Assembly (NCBI GenBank): GCA_040954595.2
Contig: CM082585.2
Coordinates: forward strand, 10,404,564 to 10,468,563
Source: Balanoglossus misakiensis
Lineage: Eukaryota > Animalia > Hemichordata
DNA length: 64,000 bases
Direction: 5' to 3'
This document shows positions 24,779 to 41,263 of the stretch, piece after piece. The notes beneath the pieces are model-generated. The model was not told the DNA's origin. It did not search any database and saw only the letters and a list, made by a program, of their open reading frames with translations. A program made the translations under genes and the position numbers. Positions within the stretch are counted from its first letter, which is position 1; the number at the start of each line of letters is the position of its first letter.

Positions 24779-26465
24779 AGTATCCTGTGTTTTTTACGCG
24801 AAAATAGAGAGGTCACCTGACCCGGTCATTGTAAAGTTTATGAAATAATGAGTATTTGATATATAACAGTAATTTAATCGACGTTCTTGATTTAATTTGT
24901 GATAAAATCTGCTTGAAAGAAAGTGTTACCTGTAAAACTTCAAACACAAGACTCGCAGTGCGAATTTAGTGCAAGTCTAACTGAATGGCTATTTCTCACG
25001 ATGTACAGGTGCGCACAGGTACCCGGATGTCAGACTGAATATGTAAATTAGTCCTCAGCTCAGGTGTTCGATGTACTCCCGGCCATACCTCATGCGGACT
25101 AGACGTTGTTTTAGTGTCTCTGGATATTAGTGGTGAATGTTTCCTCAGTACATGCTATAGAACAGTTCTTTGAAACGGCACAATTCAAGGTAAGGCGTAT
25201 TAGTTTACACAATTTTAAATTTGCCGCGGTTTTAGGCAGTGGTATGCCTGTTTCCCCATACTCCTGGCCGCTGAGCGAGCTGGGGATAAATCGACTCCAT
25301 GTTCACACTCTTGCAGATTAGAACGCCATATATGACGCGAGCGCTGATTGGATGACACACGTTCTGAAATTAACGTGCGCATAATCTTATCCAATGGTGC
25401 GATATGTTTATACCGTAGACAGAGAAACTACAAAATGCCAGACGACATTGTTTCGAATGCGATCGAATTTAACAAGTTTGTGGTAATGCTAAATTTCCCC
25501 AACTTGTATGAGAAATTTAATCCCGTGTGGCGTGTCCGTGAGAAGTCTGATTTCCTCGTACCTCTGCTTGTTTTTCTATAGCGTAGAGTCCAGCATACAG
25601 TACCATCGGCATCGGTTGACAGCGTACGTCGCGTTACGTCTTACTACTGACAGGTAAGATTTTCTGTTTGGATAAAATGCAGCTTTGTCTTATTTAACTG
25701 TAGGCAGTATATTCCAATTTTAATACCGGTATTTCATTCTGTTTGCAAGTGGCTTCCGTAAGGTAAGTTGATGGAGTTCATGACTGAAAATATTCCGTCG
25801 TTGCATGTCGCTCCATCTTGCCCAGATAGCGCCCTCAAACGACATATATTAAAATCACACGATACGTTTTCCTCAACTGGCTATAGGTGAGAGGTTGCAG
25901 GCATTTGAAATTAGTAAGAAAAAAACTGAATGTGGTCCTGTGTTGCTCGCAATGTTGGTTTAATAAATACTGTAACACAAATAACTTCAGATACATTTAT
26001 AAATCTCTTGCCTTTACTTTCTGATGCACCACAATCCACATAAATTATTTTGTTAGATTAAAATTAACTATAAAGTTATATTTTTGTGTCAAATATGTTA
26101 CAAATAGAAATTCATAATAAATCTTCGAACCAAGACTATTTAAATAAAATTTGTGATTTCCATTGTCATGGATTGAAAAGTGATATTTATGGCAAGAGAA
26201 AGTTTTGAATATTAAAGTACAAAAGAAAATACATGACATGGGAATCTGCATACAATATATAAAATGTTTATAAACTTTAAAAGACAGTGCTAATTGGCAA
26301 GTCACTGGACCTTTGGCACAGTCACAAACTACTAAGTGTTCTTCATAAAGAAAATTCTCCTTTGGCTGGAATGTTACCTATTAGCCCGTATTTAATAGTA
26401 TAGGAATAAGTCTCAATGGAACAGCATAAGATCTGATGTTTTACATCAAATACAAGAATGCGATT

Positions 26466-29307
26466 CTACAAGAGTTTTTCAAGAGCGGATCGAAATCTGA
26501 TAATATCAATCAATTTCTTAAACCCTAAATCAGATTTCAAAGATGAATAAAAGAAATCTGGTGATTCTGAAGCCACTAATCTCAAACCCATGATCATTTC
26601 TCCATTGTAATCTGTAAATCTTTTCTTCAAATGACTGAGGCCTATTCCATCAAGCCAATTGCTGACATCAGAGTTTGTCCACTGGGCTGTTCCTGTAACT
26701 GGTACTGCTCCCTGTGGTGCTGCCCCAACCACGGGTGCAATAACACCTGAAGTACAAAATGATAAAAATATGATTCAGATTACTATATAACTGAGCCTTG
26801 TGAAAGTTGTCGGTAGAGGATGATTCATACTGTTAACACATTTGCAACAATAGCACCAATTTATCATCTGGTGGTGAATGAAATGTTGCATATATGAATA
26901 AATAGTAAACTTACTCTCATGTTTTGTAAGGTGTGGTGGGGCTGACTGAAGCCCCCTCTCTCCCAACTCCTTGAATAACTTAGGCATCTCCTGTTCCAGT
27001 TTATTCGCTGAACTGAAATCAAAATAAAGTTTGGCTCCCAGCAGAATTCCCAACCATCCGTCAGGTTGATAGTTGTTTTGTATCCTCAATGGAATAACTG
27101 GTTTCTGAAGACGATAGGTGTATTCAGCTTCTGTTGAAGAAAGTAAAACCGATGAAAATACCATGTCAGCTTCATTCATTTCACTCATAAAACAATTTTT
27201 CTGATCAAAGTTGAGATGTTATTGGTCAAACTGTAGATAAGTGTAGTATTCAAGGCTGTAAACATACATTCTCAGAGTCATACATGACATTTTCGCTCAG
27301 TAGAGTACACTTAAATCTTGTTACCTGTACGACAACTTGGACTGTCTTTGTATTTCTGGGAATAGCAAATCAAAACCACAGATGCGTTTTCTATAGCATT
27401 TGCCATCGCCTCCAGAGTAGAGCCCTCTGAAATCAACGAACAGAGAGAAGAATTTAGAGGATTATAATCACCTCTCTAATTTGTTCATATATGGTCATAA
27501 GATTGTGTTCAAGTCTCCACATTACCATGTGTAAGTTCACAAAATTCCACCACATAGAGTTGCCAGGGCAGTATGTAATTATAAGAGATATATTGAAAGA
27601 GATATAACCAATTTGATATAAAAGCATGTCTGATATATTTCTTTTGAAAAAACTCACCCATTTGTTCAATGTCCATCCATATTTTGTATCCCCTTGCTTT
27701 CAATCTGTCTTTGACTTTTATCAACGTTTTCTGGGCATCCCATTGATAACTAATCATGACATGTCCGACTGATTTTTCCACGGATTCCAAACTCTGGCCG
27801 TTATTTGCGGAAATGCTTTCTAGTTGTTCTGATTCTTTGACCATACTCTCTTCTCCCAGAATCCAAAGTGCGCCTCGGATGGCTTTACAACCTCCGCCAC
27901 ATTTGGCTGGATCCTTGCATCGAGCATTAGTCATCAGTTCTACGTCAACAATGCAGAAATAACTAAACTTAATACTTAGAAGTTAGAGCATATATGGAAG
28001 GCATTCATCAAGTGATATAATGTGACCAATCAATGACTGAAAATGTAATCGATGACCAAATGAAATATACAAACCTTCCATTAACTGAGGTTCGTTTCTG
28101 ATTTTCTCCTTATTTTTGTCACTGAATGCTAATGTCCAGATGCATCGTCCAGCAAGTCTCAATTCTTCTTCACTTTTACTCTCTTTTATCATTTTCACAA
28201 GAAGAGGCATTACACCGCACTCTACCATAGTCACCTACCCAAAAAAGATCAAACTTAATTATATTACTTAACACACTGTTTGGTTTAAATATACATGCAT
28301 ATCATGGATAGACTTGTGTATTAAAACCATAACCTTTCATTGGATGCACAGTTGTAAGAAATTAGAAAAAACTTCATAACTTCCATAGTTTACATACAAA
28401 CCTTATTTGCATCATTCTGAGCCAATTTGTTGAGTCCGTCCACCAATTCTTCTGCATCAAAATAGTAACTCCGCGACATATGATCCTCAGATTCTAAGGC
28501 TGATTCTAACATCTTCACCAAAAATGAAATATTTGTCCCGCCTGTCATGATTTTATCATTTTCATCTTCATTTACGATGTAAACAAGATTAAGCAACGCT
28601 TTGGCCCTCACAATAAGATAGGTGCATTTTAAATATGCATTAAGTAATTCAACAGCGCTGGCCTCGCGGAAAATTGGAATGTTGTCTGAGGACATCCTGA
28701 TTGTGTTATGAAGAATTCCAAGAGTACTTTTAATCCATCGTCTTTTTTTACCGTTGCTTTCTCCCTCGTCATCGATATGTTTGTAGTTTAGTTCTGGATT
28801 GTTTAGTTCACTTAGTAGCATAGCAACTGCACCAGACTTTCCCAGGTCTTCGCATAAATTAGAAGACACATCAGAGAAGTTGTGGGTTGTTCCTTTCAAC
28901 TTTGTGTACACCTTCAGCGCCATGCTGCTTTGGTCCTTTGAAAGGAGGTCCTCTTTCATCAATTCCCTCCACATTTTCACAAACACATTTGCATAGCCTA
29001 TGTCTGCGAGATGATCTCCAAGCGGTCGTCGCTCATCATCGCTCTTTGCGGCACGGTACGCTAAACCGATATCTGTCAGAGCCGTCAACACATCACAGGT
29101 GCTGTAGTCAGTACACGTTTCCAGATATTTAACCCTTTCTGTTAATCGTTTCTTAGATTCCGCAACCTCTGGGGGATCAAATGTTGATCTTTTTGCATCA
29201 GCTGATGCTGCATTGTTGTGTACTGACGTATCTTTAGAGTAGTCAACTTCGATTAGTTGTTGTGATCGGACATCGTTAGATGTCGATGCACTGGCTGCAC
29301 TTCCCAT
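26466..29307 (-). CDS. ARM-repeat / TIR / SAM-like protein, copy A, ~648 aa, 6 coding exons
   Basis: Exons 29307-28402, 28234-28075, 27939-27658, 27426-27325, 27130-26915 and 26746-26466 are phase-compatible. Starts MGSAAS (MGxxxS). ARM-like helices (LGILHN, GLNKLAQNDANK, AGRCIWTLAF, AIRGALWIL); TIR HVMISYQWD...WMDIEQM...AMANAIENASVVLICYSQKYKDSPSCRTEAEY...IPLR...PDGWLG; C-terminal SAM-like WTNSDVSNWLDGIGL...YNGEMIMGL. Confidence 0.9.
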
Positions 29308-30586
29308 CTTGATGATGAACCTCACCAACTGTACACCCTCGATCTAAAAACATCAAAGATATATATTTGATAAATAAATAAGTTGATAAATATGCTAAAT
29401 ATTATCTGTTACTAACAGTAACAGATCATCCATGGGCAACAGTAGAAAGTTCTTTACATCCCAAATGTATCAAAAGATTGTAAAATAACATTCTTTGGCA
29501 ATGCAAATAACAACTTTTTTTAATGTGACATGACAAATACACTCCCTAGATGATGAAGGATAACTACTACACAAGTCCAAATTTTTTTCAAATCCCCCCT
29601 CCTCAGTTTTGTCCTTCAATTGTCAAGTCATCACTTAATTAGTAATTGTTCTGTTTGTTACACTGTTGAAAGTGTATCAAAAACACAACACCATGATTTG
29701 CGAAATCGGTCGCGTTTAGTGTAAAAGAAATCGATTTCACTTTTAAAGTCGCATGACGTCATATGTACTACTCAATATTACTGTGGCTTCAACGCAGTGC
29801 AATGGACATACGAGCGGACACGAACTGCTCGTAGGTCTAAAGGTACCTGTAGCCCTATTACTCCATAGCGCAGGTGTCCCACTTACCTCACATGGAAATC
29901 GACAACGTCATTTCGGAAATCTGTCAGCTGTGGCTCGTGTTAGCGTACCCGTTACGATTTGACTGACATGACAGCAATGGGCGATGTATTAGGATTAGGC
30001 TTGTCAATATTTACCCGGTGAGCGATCGGATTCATGTGGGCGCGACATGCGACATAAATATGTGGGTTTCCCCCTGCACAGACAGCGGGAAAGATTCTGT
30101 CAAGGGTAAATATACACAACACACCATACAAACGTCGGTAGTATTATCGTCGTCTATTGGGGAGATCGTAATGGCATTGCGCACGCGTTATTTACTTTTT
30201 GTCAAGACGCTGATTTTGTGTATCATTGCTATGGCAGCGGAACACTCCATTCATGGGGGGGGGGTCGGCATTGGGATAGGAGGGCATGACTCTGCGATAT
30301 CAATTCACACTTACCGAATGATGGTTATTTTGAATATAGTTTGTGAACTTTATTGCACAATAGAAATTATACAAGTGCCAGTGATGATGGTTCTGTCCAA
30401 GGAGAACAGCCGTTCATGCAATTTTGAGACTGACTTTTTAAACAGTACACATATGTAGAGCCTGCATGTGGTCAAAATCGATTAAATTACATCTGACGAT
30501 GTCAATGATCAAAGTGTTAGTCTAGTCTGACATTCAAAGAAAATCCATTGCATACTTAAGAGCTGTCAGAAGTTTAAATCCTGTAG

Positions 30587-33732
<3,146 letters not shown>

Positions 33733-36700
33733 TTTGGTTCTGTTGACTTTTTTTCTGCTCCTCAAGACTTATTAACTCTTGAAAAAGAAAAGAAAATTTT
33801 ACATTACAAAGCAGAGTGTCACTGACTTTGAAAATGTAAGTTATGGTGCTGCAACACTGATGTCCATAGTCCTTGTGCAATGTTCAAACCCATTCAGGTC
33901 TATCTTTTCAACTGGGGTGTCAACAAACTCACAGAACCATGACTAAGCAAACTTGAATGTACCATGGAGGTTGTACTGTTATAACAAATTCAATAGGTTT
34001 CAGCATGGAGCTAGGTTTCAGTAACGTGCACGTAAGAAAATATGGGTGCACTTTTTGCACATATGACAATAAGAGTCACCTGATGAACGAGGGCATACCT
34101 GTCAATGTTTACTTGGTCTTGAGCCATACGTCAATATTCGGTTATCTGACCATCACATCACAGTCGAGCTGTATAATAATTATGTCAAAGTGATGACGAT
34201 GCTCACTGGCATAGGAGGCCCCTCCAACAATCTGAGCAAAATCACTTGAATGTATCAATCAATACATCCCTGGCATTTAAATCTGATCGCTTCATGGGGG
34301 AAACTGGCACGTGTAGTGCGTGTACGGTACACTCATTGCCACGGTAGCAAGACCATTTCATTTTCAAGGAGGTAAAGTACGTTGGATGAGAAAATTTGCA
34401 TTTCTCAATTTTGTCAATGTTCTACCTTGGAATAGTTTGTCAAATATACAACAAATTAATGAGAATTGCATATTAAATTTTCGTGCCCTAAGAAATATAT
34501 GCCTGTTATTCTACTCCGATTATACTCTTTTACTACATGTAGTAGTTTCCCCTTAATAGCTCAACCACCAACAAAGTACAATGTACATTGTACTTTAATG
34601 TTGCATAATGGTATAGTCTCCAAGGCCATTCTATGGTCATTCCATGTACGTCAGGTCCAAAGCCACGAGCGCCACCCAGTGGTAGATCTTTCTGTGAACT
34701 AAGGTCTTCTTGGTCGACATGCTATCACTCAATACAGACACAAGAACAGACAAGTGTTTTTCTCACAATCAAAGCAGTTTTATTGAGCTTTTTATCCCAG
34801 AAAAATCATAACTCTATTGGACTGTCAAGTTTGAATACACTGATTTGGACTTTGGAATAGAGGTCATTTATGGTCAAGAAAAATTGTCTGAGCGTTCTCA
34901 TCAGACATCGGAGATAATGCCATCATGATCATCTTAGAATTTTACCCTGTTCACATTTATGTTCCAGTACACACTCTTGCTGGCATTGAGTCAACATCTG
35001 TTCAGCACACTGCTGGCAATTAACAGCACATCTTTTTGGGGAAAATATGTTGAACTGTGTAGAAAATAAAATTGACACTCTAGAGTCACTTGCACTTCAA
35101 ACCCTCTGTTTGATGGTAAAACCTCAAATCAGTTTTTGACTGACCAACACAGCCATGGATACACTACAAAAAGATCAGTTACCAGATGCATTCTGATTAA
35201 GAACTGGTCAGTTTTTTTTATATTGCTAGCCGATATTGTTTTCCTTAATAACAAAACACAGTAATACACACCTAAAATTAAGCCAAGCACTATAATTTAT
35301 TGTTTTAAAAGCCTAAGCTTCTTTTCAAAAACAGCTACATGCAACCACAGACATTTGTAAATGCTAAGCGACATCAATGAAAAATGCAGCATGGCACGGC
35401 ATCACAAATGAATGAACCATACAATGTCTTTCCATCTTTCAAAAGTACTGTTGGATGACAACAACTGTTAGTACATCTTGCACATGGTTAGAACAAGCCC
35501 AAACACAACAGCTTTTTTTTCTAACCTTTCCTCACGTCTGTATGATAGCTAACAGACCAAATAGATCATATAGCAAAGTATTAGGTTCGATGGATATACC
35601 AAGAGGTGAGCAAGTGTGCAATATTCCTGATTATCCAAAAGGTGTTTGCAAATACATTTTTATCAATACTGACCAGAAAAACAAGTAACAAAAACTTTTT
35701 TTTTCTCACTAAAATTACATTCCTGATCAGTAACATGCGAGAATAGTAATGCAGATGTACCCTGTCTTTGTATGCAAAGTCATGACATCACTTTCATTAG
35801 CATGTTAAACATGCTTCTCATCAAGTTACAATTTTCCATCAAATCCAATCAAATAAACAAGACACCACAATTTTAAAGTTATCAAAAGTATATTAATATT
35901 TTCCCCAACTAATGAGAAATGCCCTTCACCACGCCCTAGTAACACATTTAATTCAGTCTTTTGGTCATCTCTTTCTAAAATATGCAGAACTTAATATATT
36001 TATTTCGTAAATCAGTTTGAATATCACAAATAATGCAGGTGATCAGAATAATTGTTTGGTGTACACACACAAGCTGATTATTATATCGCCTTGATATTAC
36101 CAATGTCTAATAGTCAAATTTTAACAAAAATTGTCACAAAAAACAACAACCAATAAAATCATCACAGTTACAGAATAAATACAAAATCATTTCAATGATT
36201 GGGTGATTATTGCCATGAACTGATAATCTGCCTTTACTTCTTTGACTCGACTGGCGAGATTTGTTGTTTTTGGTGATAAGAATATACATTCTATCACATC
36301 CCTTACTGCCTTTACCAGTGGCCTGGCACTGTAGAGTGAACCTGGCCAAAACACGGCTAACAAGATAATTTATGCATTAAAACACAATCTTTTGTTTTTG
36401 TATTAATTCTAGTTTATATCTACACCAAAAGGTGCAATTACTGTTAAACCCATGAATGCATGTATTGGAGATGAGGTCTATGACCCTATAACATATTTCA
36501 GTTTTCCATTGTAAAAATGCCAACCAATATCAAACTTTATCTAACCAGTGATCACAAAATGAAAACATCAGAAAGACAATCCAGAGATTCACATTTTTCT
36601 TCTTGAAAAGTCAACACTCCCAGAATTATTAAAAAGGTATAGAAATCACTATGACAACACACTCACTCGTTTACAGTACTAAGCCTCATAATGTCTTTTA

Positions 36701-36769
36701 CATCAAAGATTTCACTAAGTGGGTCCCTTGCAACTTCTAGTATTTACATATTTTTGTAAAACTGTAGTA

Positions 36770-36850
36770 CAGTAGACCCTCGCTTAGTCAAATGTTGGGG
36801 TTCCCCATAGAGGGCGTAACTTAGAGATGTGACTTGGTGAGGGTTCACTT
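36770..36850. mobile_element. Short degenerate pogo/Tigger-like MITE
   Basis: TA-CAGTAGACCCTCGCTTAGTC at the left end and the imperfect inverted copy GACTTGGTGAGGGTTCACT at the right end. Confidence 0.35.
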
Positions 36851-37730
36851 CAATCACCTGTTTGCGTACAAATAAATGACTACCCAACTCTTGTCAACTT
36901 TTGCATGTGGAAGCTGCAGAAGGACTGTTTTGGCCAAAAATATGTCAGAATTTGGTGAAATCGAAACAGTTTAGACAAATATGCTTACATCATTAAATGT
37001 ACGGTACTAACAACCAGGCAATAAAATTTACATTTCGGCATATCAAATCTGTAACAAGATAACTATTTATCTCCATATTAGAGTTTTGATTAATTTGGTC
37101 ATTTCCTAATAAATAACACAGAGTACATGTATATTTTATATGAAAATAGCAAGTATCTATAAAAATTTAGCTTGCAACTAATGTTTATATTCAGACTAAG
37201 TCTGAAAATCTTTGAGAAAAAAGTTTAATTTCTGGCCAACATCGTATGTTTTCACAAGCTTGGTCATCTTTTCTGGTGGTACATATTTTTAGCTTTCATA
37301 AGCTAAGGGATGCAGCATATAAGACACGTACTTGTAGTTTTCAGATATTTTTCCCACAGGGTATAGTAAATAGGGGAGTGTAAATAAATCGGATAAAACT
37401 GTTCAGTCCTGGGATAAAAGAAACATTTCTCTGAGTATTTCTTTCAATGTTAACACACCTTTGTGAAGTCACAGCATTGTACAGTTCTACTTGCATTCTA
37501 TTTCAAAAATTTTGCAAAAAATTGAAAAAAAGGGAAAGGTATTGCCTTCCCAAATCTGATAATGACGCTAAATTTCCACACAATCTAACATAGCTGTGTT
37601 TCTTCCTTGTTGTGGACTTAAGTTCTAGCACTTAAGTCCACTTTTATATCTCAAAACAGTCCATTTGTAACATCAAAATCCCAAGATCTGCTTGAACTTG
37701 TTTGAGTACTGCTTTATTTCAGTGAGTTGT

Positions 37731-40700
37731 TTAGATGTTCCTACCACTTGGGGATTTCACATTGAATGTGAGAGTCAGGAGAAAAGCTGAAGAAGAGAGT
37801 GAGAGAAAAAATGAAAAATTAGAGGCCATACTGGATTATATCACAAAACAAAGTGAAAAGACTCCCAATATAGAGAGTAAATCTGTTTCATGAAAAGCCG
37901 TAATCTTTTCCTGCATATAGAGGAACTATTCAGCATTGCTTTAATAGTACAAAGGGGAACACATCATCTAGATTTCTCTTCACTAAGTGTTTGACAACTT
38001 TCTGAAAAAAAAACATTTAAAGAAAAATATATATAGATACCAACCTGCACCAGAGAAGCAAGCACAGAGAATAAACAGTCCGATCCATCCAATGGCATCA
38101 GCCAGTTGATTGGCCAAGAAGGAGCCAGTGATGGCAGACATACTGGTTGCCGTAAACATCAAACCATAGTTGACACCAATATACTCATGTCCAAAGGTTC
38201 TTTTCGTGATAGGAGAAAAAAACAAAAGAGTAGGATTACTACAATGTTGTTTGGCTTTTGAATAATGAGATGTGGTCTGTGTTTAAACCCTCTCACCCCC
38301 AGTTCCCTCTTTAGAGGTCTCAATGCGTTTGGACTGAACCATGTTGGTGAAAGGGTTAACTCTATTTCAGTTATGAGTTTTTTATGAAAACAAGATGGTG
38401 AACATCATGTTTTCTTCTTTGTATCAAAAAGACTCCTCATGCACATTAATCTATCATAGATTTGAAAAAAAAAGTTTGAGAACTCTCATTTTTCTGAAAT
38501 CTGTCCCTGAGGCGTGTTCTGCCATAGTTACAAACTTACCGTGAAGTTGCTGGTGGGAAGAGAGCAAAGTTTCCAGAGAATGAGAGGAATACACCACAGA
38601 CCCAGATCAGGAACATAATTTCACCGCCCTTCTCGGTCAAGATCAGTGTCAACATAAAGAAGACCTCGCATAAACAGATAACTAACATGGTTTTCTGTGA
38701 AGAAAAAAAGAATGCAAGAAATTTCAGTACAAGAAGTATATATTCTCATCTTACATTATCACACAGTTCTGGTTGCTAAGTTTATTTAGCACAGCTAGAC
38801 TGACTGGATCATAAATTAAGGAATTTTCAATGGCTTACCTTGTAGGAAAACCTGTCAGCAAAATATCCCCACATGATACGACCCAGGGCGTTACACACAG
38901 ATGAGAAGGAACCAACTATAGCAAGGAACAGATCATCAACAATGAATGTCTGACCATAAGCCTGCAATATAAAAGGTATGGGTTAAACAATTGACATTTT
39001 CAGTAATAACAAAAATGGTACTTTCCAGACCCAGGACTTCAAATTCATTCTATGCCTTCCATCCACAGTTTAAATTATTATCAATATTCAGAATATATCT
39101 GTCTCTCATTTCTGAATATTGAGCGTGATGTCTGACCTTGTAGAGGGTAGCTATCAATACTTGGGTCTGGGTGTTGAACAGAAACGTAAACCACAGAGTC
39201 CAGAAAGCTCTGGTCTTCAGCATCTTGCCAGGTCCCATGGTAACACCAGCTGACCTATCATCCACAGGTTTCTTGGTTTCCTCCTCTCCTTCCTTGACGA
39301 TCAGTTTCTCTTTCTCCCCGGCCTCTTCTTCCTAAGATGACATTATGATAACAACAATAATTAATAATTTATAATATTATACAATGTAGTGTGTTAAAGG
39401 AGACTCAATTCTGTCAGCCATCAATTGATTTAACACTCAATAAAACCTTCACAGTGTCATCCACATAGAACCACATGTTTTAAAAGAACTGCATGGACAC
39501 CTCTGCAAGCCGAACAACTTCTTCGGTCCTTTTGGTGTCTCAGTGAAACAGGTTTCAATGTACTTACTGTTTCCACTGGTGGGTTCTTGATCATGATAGC
39601 ACTGATGATTTGCATGGCAAAGTACACACAGCCAAGCAAAATAAAGCACCAAGGTGTCCTATCCAGAATACTCTTCTGATAGAAGTATCTGGTAACAAAA
39701 CAAAAGTGCAAATTTATACATTAATACAGTCAGTAGCATCTGTCTGTCCATCCACATGCACTGTTGGACGGACGGACCCCAATCATTAGTTCCCATGGTC
39801 TACATCCACAGGGCTATAATGAATTTCTAAAAACTGAAAAACAAAGCATTACTATTGAAATCCCAGCTAGGGCAAACTCTGAGGCCTAAATCTGCAATTT
39901 TCCTGCATCTAAACAAACATTTCAGAGTTTCAATACTTACAAGTCATCATCACCAGGGGTGGTAGTATTTGGTGCCAAATTGTTAGGATTGATGAAGGCA
40001 GTCTGGATCGGGTTGAAGAAGAAAGCTCCAAATCCAAAACCAGCTACAATACAGCCACTGATCAATCCCTTTCTGTGTGGAAACCACTGTAAAATATAAC
40101 ATTGTAAAATAATGACTACAATGGGTGGATGATTTCTTTTTTAACACTCTCACCCCCAGTTCCCTCTTTACAGGTCCAACTTTACCATAGAAACAATGAG
40201 TTTGGACTGAACCATTACGGTGAAAGAGTTGCAATGAACCAGAATTTTGTTGCATTGAAACTTGTTGCAAACTAGAGATCTTGAGCTTGACACCAGTGTA
40301 GATAATTAGCTATAAACAAAAACAACAACTTACTCGCATGGATGCAGCTAGCGGTGGGGCATAGACGATACCGACACCAATGCCAAATATCAAACCATAG
40401 GTGACCAACACACCATAGAATGAGCCCATGACAGTGAAGAAGGTCAGTGCAACACCGCCGCTGTAAAACAAGAAGAGCAAGAAAATTAGTGACTGAAAGC
40501 GGCCAAAAACAATGACCATTTCTACCAAAATTAACCAGCAATACTGAGCAAGAACTAAAATATTTCTTGTGACATTGTGTGTCTTTATCTTACCTTACAA
40601 ATATGCCTCCAATAATGATAGTCCATCTTGGTCCAATCTTACGATCAATGTAACCACCAACATACATAGAGATACCATGGCAAGCCTGGCCAACAGCATA

Positions 40701-41263
40701 GATCCACATGGCTTCCTGAAAATGTCAACATCAGGAATACATAAGAAGTTGTACATCAGGCTTGGAAAACGGTAGAAATTAATGCACCCCTATGTGGTAG
40801 TTCAAAATAGTAAGATTTTGAGCCCAAACATGCAAAAAATTATTTTATTGAACTCAATAATATTGTAAGAGTGCTCACTGACCTCATAGTTCAAAGTTTT
40901 TGGTGTACTTCTCTCTCGAATGTAGGACACAATGTAGGGAGACAGGTTACCTAGGAAACAGAGCAATGCAAGGTCAGGATGGCACACAATCCAAGGTCTA
41001 AGGTCAACATGAGTAAAACTAGGCTTTGTTATAAGTACATGTACATTTTGTAGTTATTTTAGCAGCAAAATCATTTTCACAAAACAATATGTACCACAAA
41101 TTTAATTTTAATTTTATAAGCAATAGTTTGACCATTTTATATTAACGGATCCAGACTGAAAAATAACTTTACCAAATGTATAATGTGTTCCCAATGTCAG
41201 ATGGACTATTATGCCACCAAAAACTACGATCAGGCCACGTATCGTCCGTGCTGATAATGCCAT
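37731..41263 (-). CDS. Major facilitator superfamily transporter, oxalate:formate antiporter (OFA)-like, multi-exon
   Basis: ATG at 41263 (MALSARTIRGLIVVFGGIIVHLTLGTHYTFG). Further exons at about 40950-40883 (NLSPYIVSYIR), 40.7-40.6 kb (GGYIDRKIGPR), 40.46-40.33 kb (TYGLIFGIGVGIVYAPPL), 40.09-39.94 kb (WFPHRKGLISGCIVAGFGFG), 39.69-39.57 kb, 39.33-39.14 kb (MLKTRAFWTLW), 38.96-38.84 kb (NALGRIMWGYFADRFSYK), 38.69-38.54 kb (FSGNFALFP), 38.20-38.05 kb (FGHEYIGVNYGLMF). Last exon ends VKSPSGRNI* at 37731. Confidence 0.88.
38283..38359. mobile_element. ~80-90 bp TTAA-CCC-terminated MITE (piggyBac-like), dispersed family member
   Basis: taaaccctctcacccccagttccctc...ggtgaaagggttaa. Related copies at about 8055-8092, 40141-40230, 43967-44052, 45010-45070 and 55710-55735. 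Confidence 0.6.
40141..40230. mobile_element. Second copy of the TTAA-CCC MITE family
   Basis: ttaacactctcacccccagttccctctttacaggtccaactttaccatagaaacaatgagtttggactgaaccattacggtgaaagagtt aligns with 38283-38359 and, inverted, with 43967-44052. Confidence 0.6.

Noticed and set aside
30018-30458. Plus-strand ORF with a signal-peptide-like stretch (MALRTRYLLFVKTLILCIIAMA)
   Set aside because: It lies in the presumed promoter of TIR copy A, has no recognisable homology, and has no supporting exon structure.
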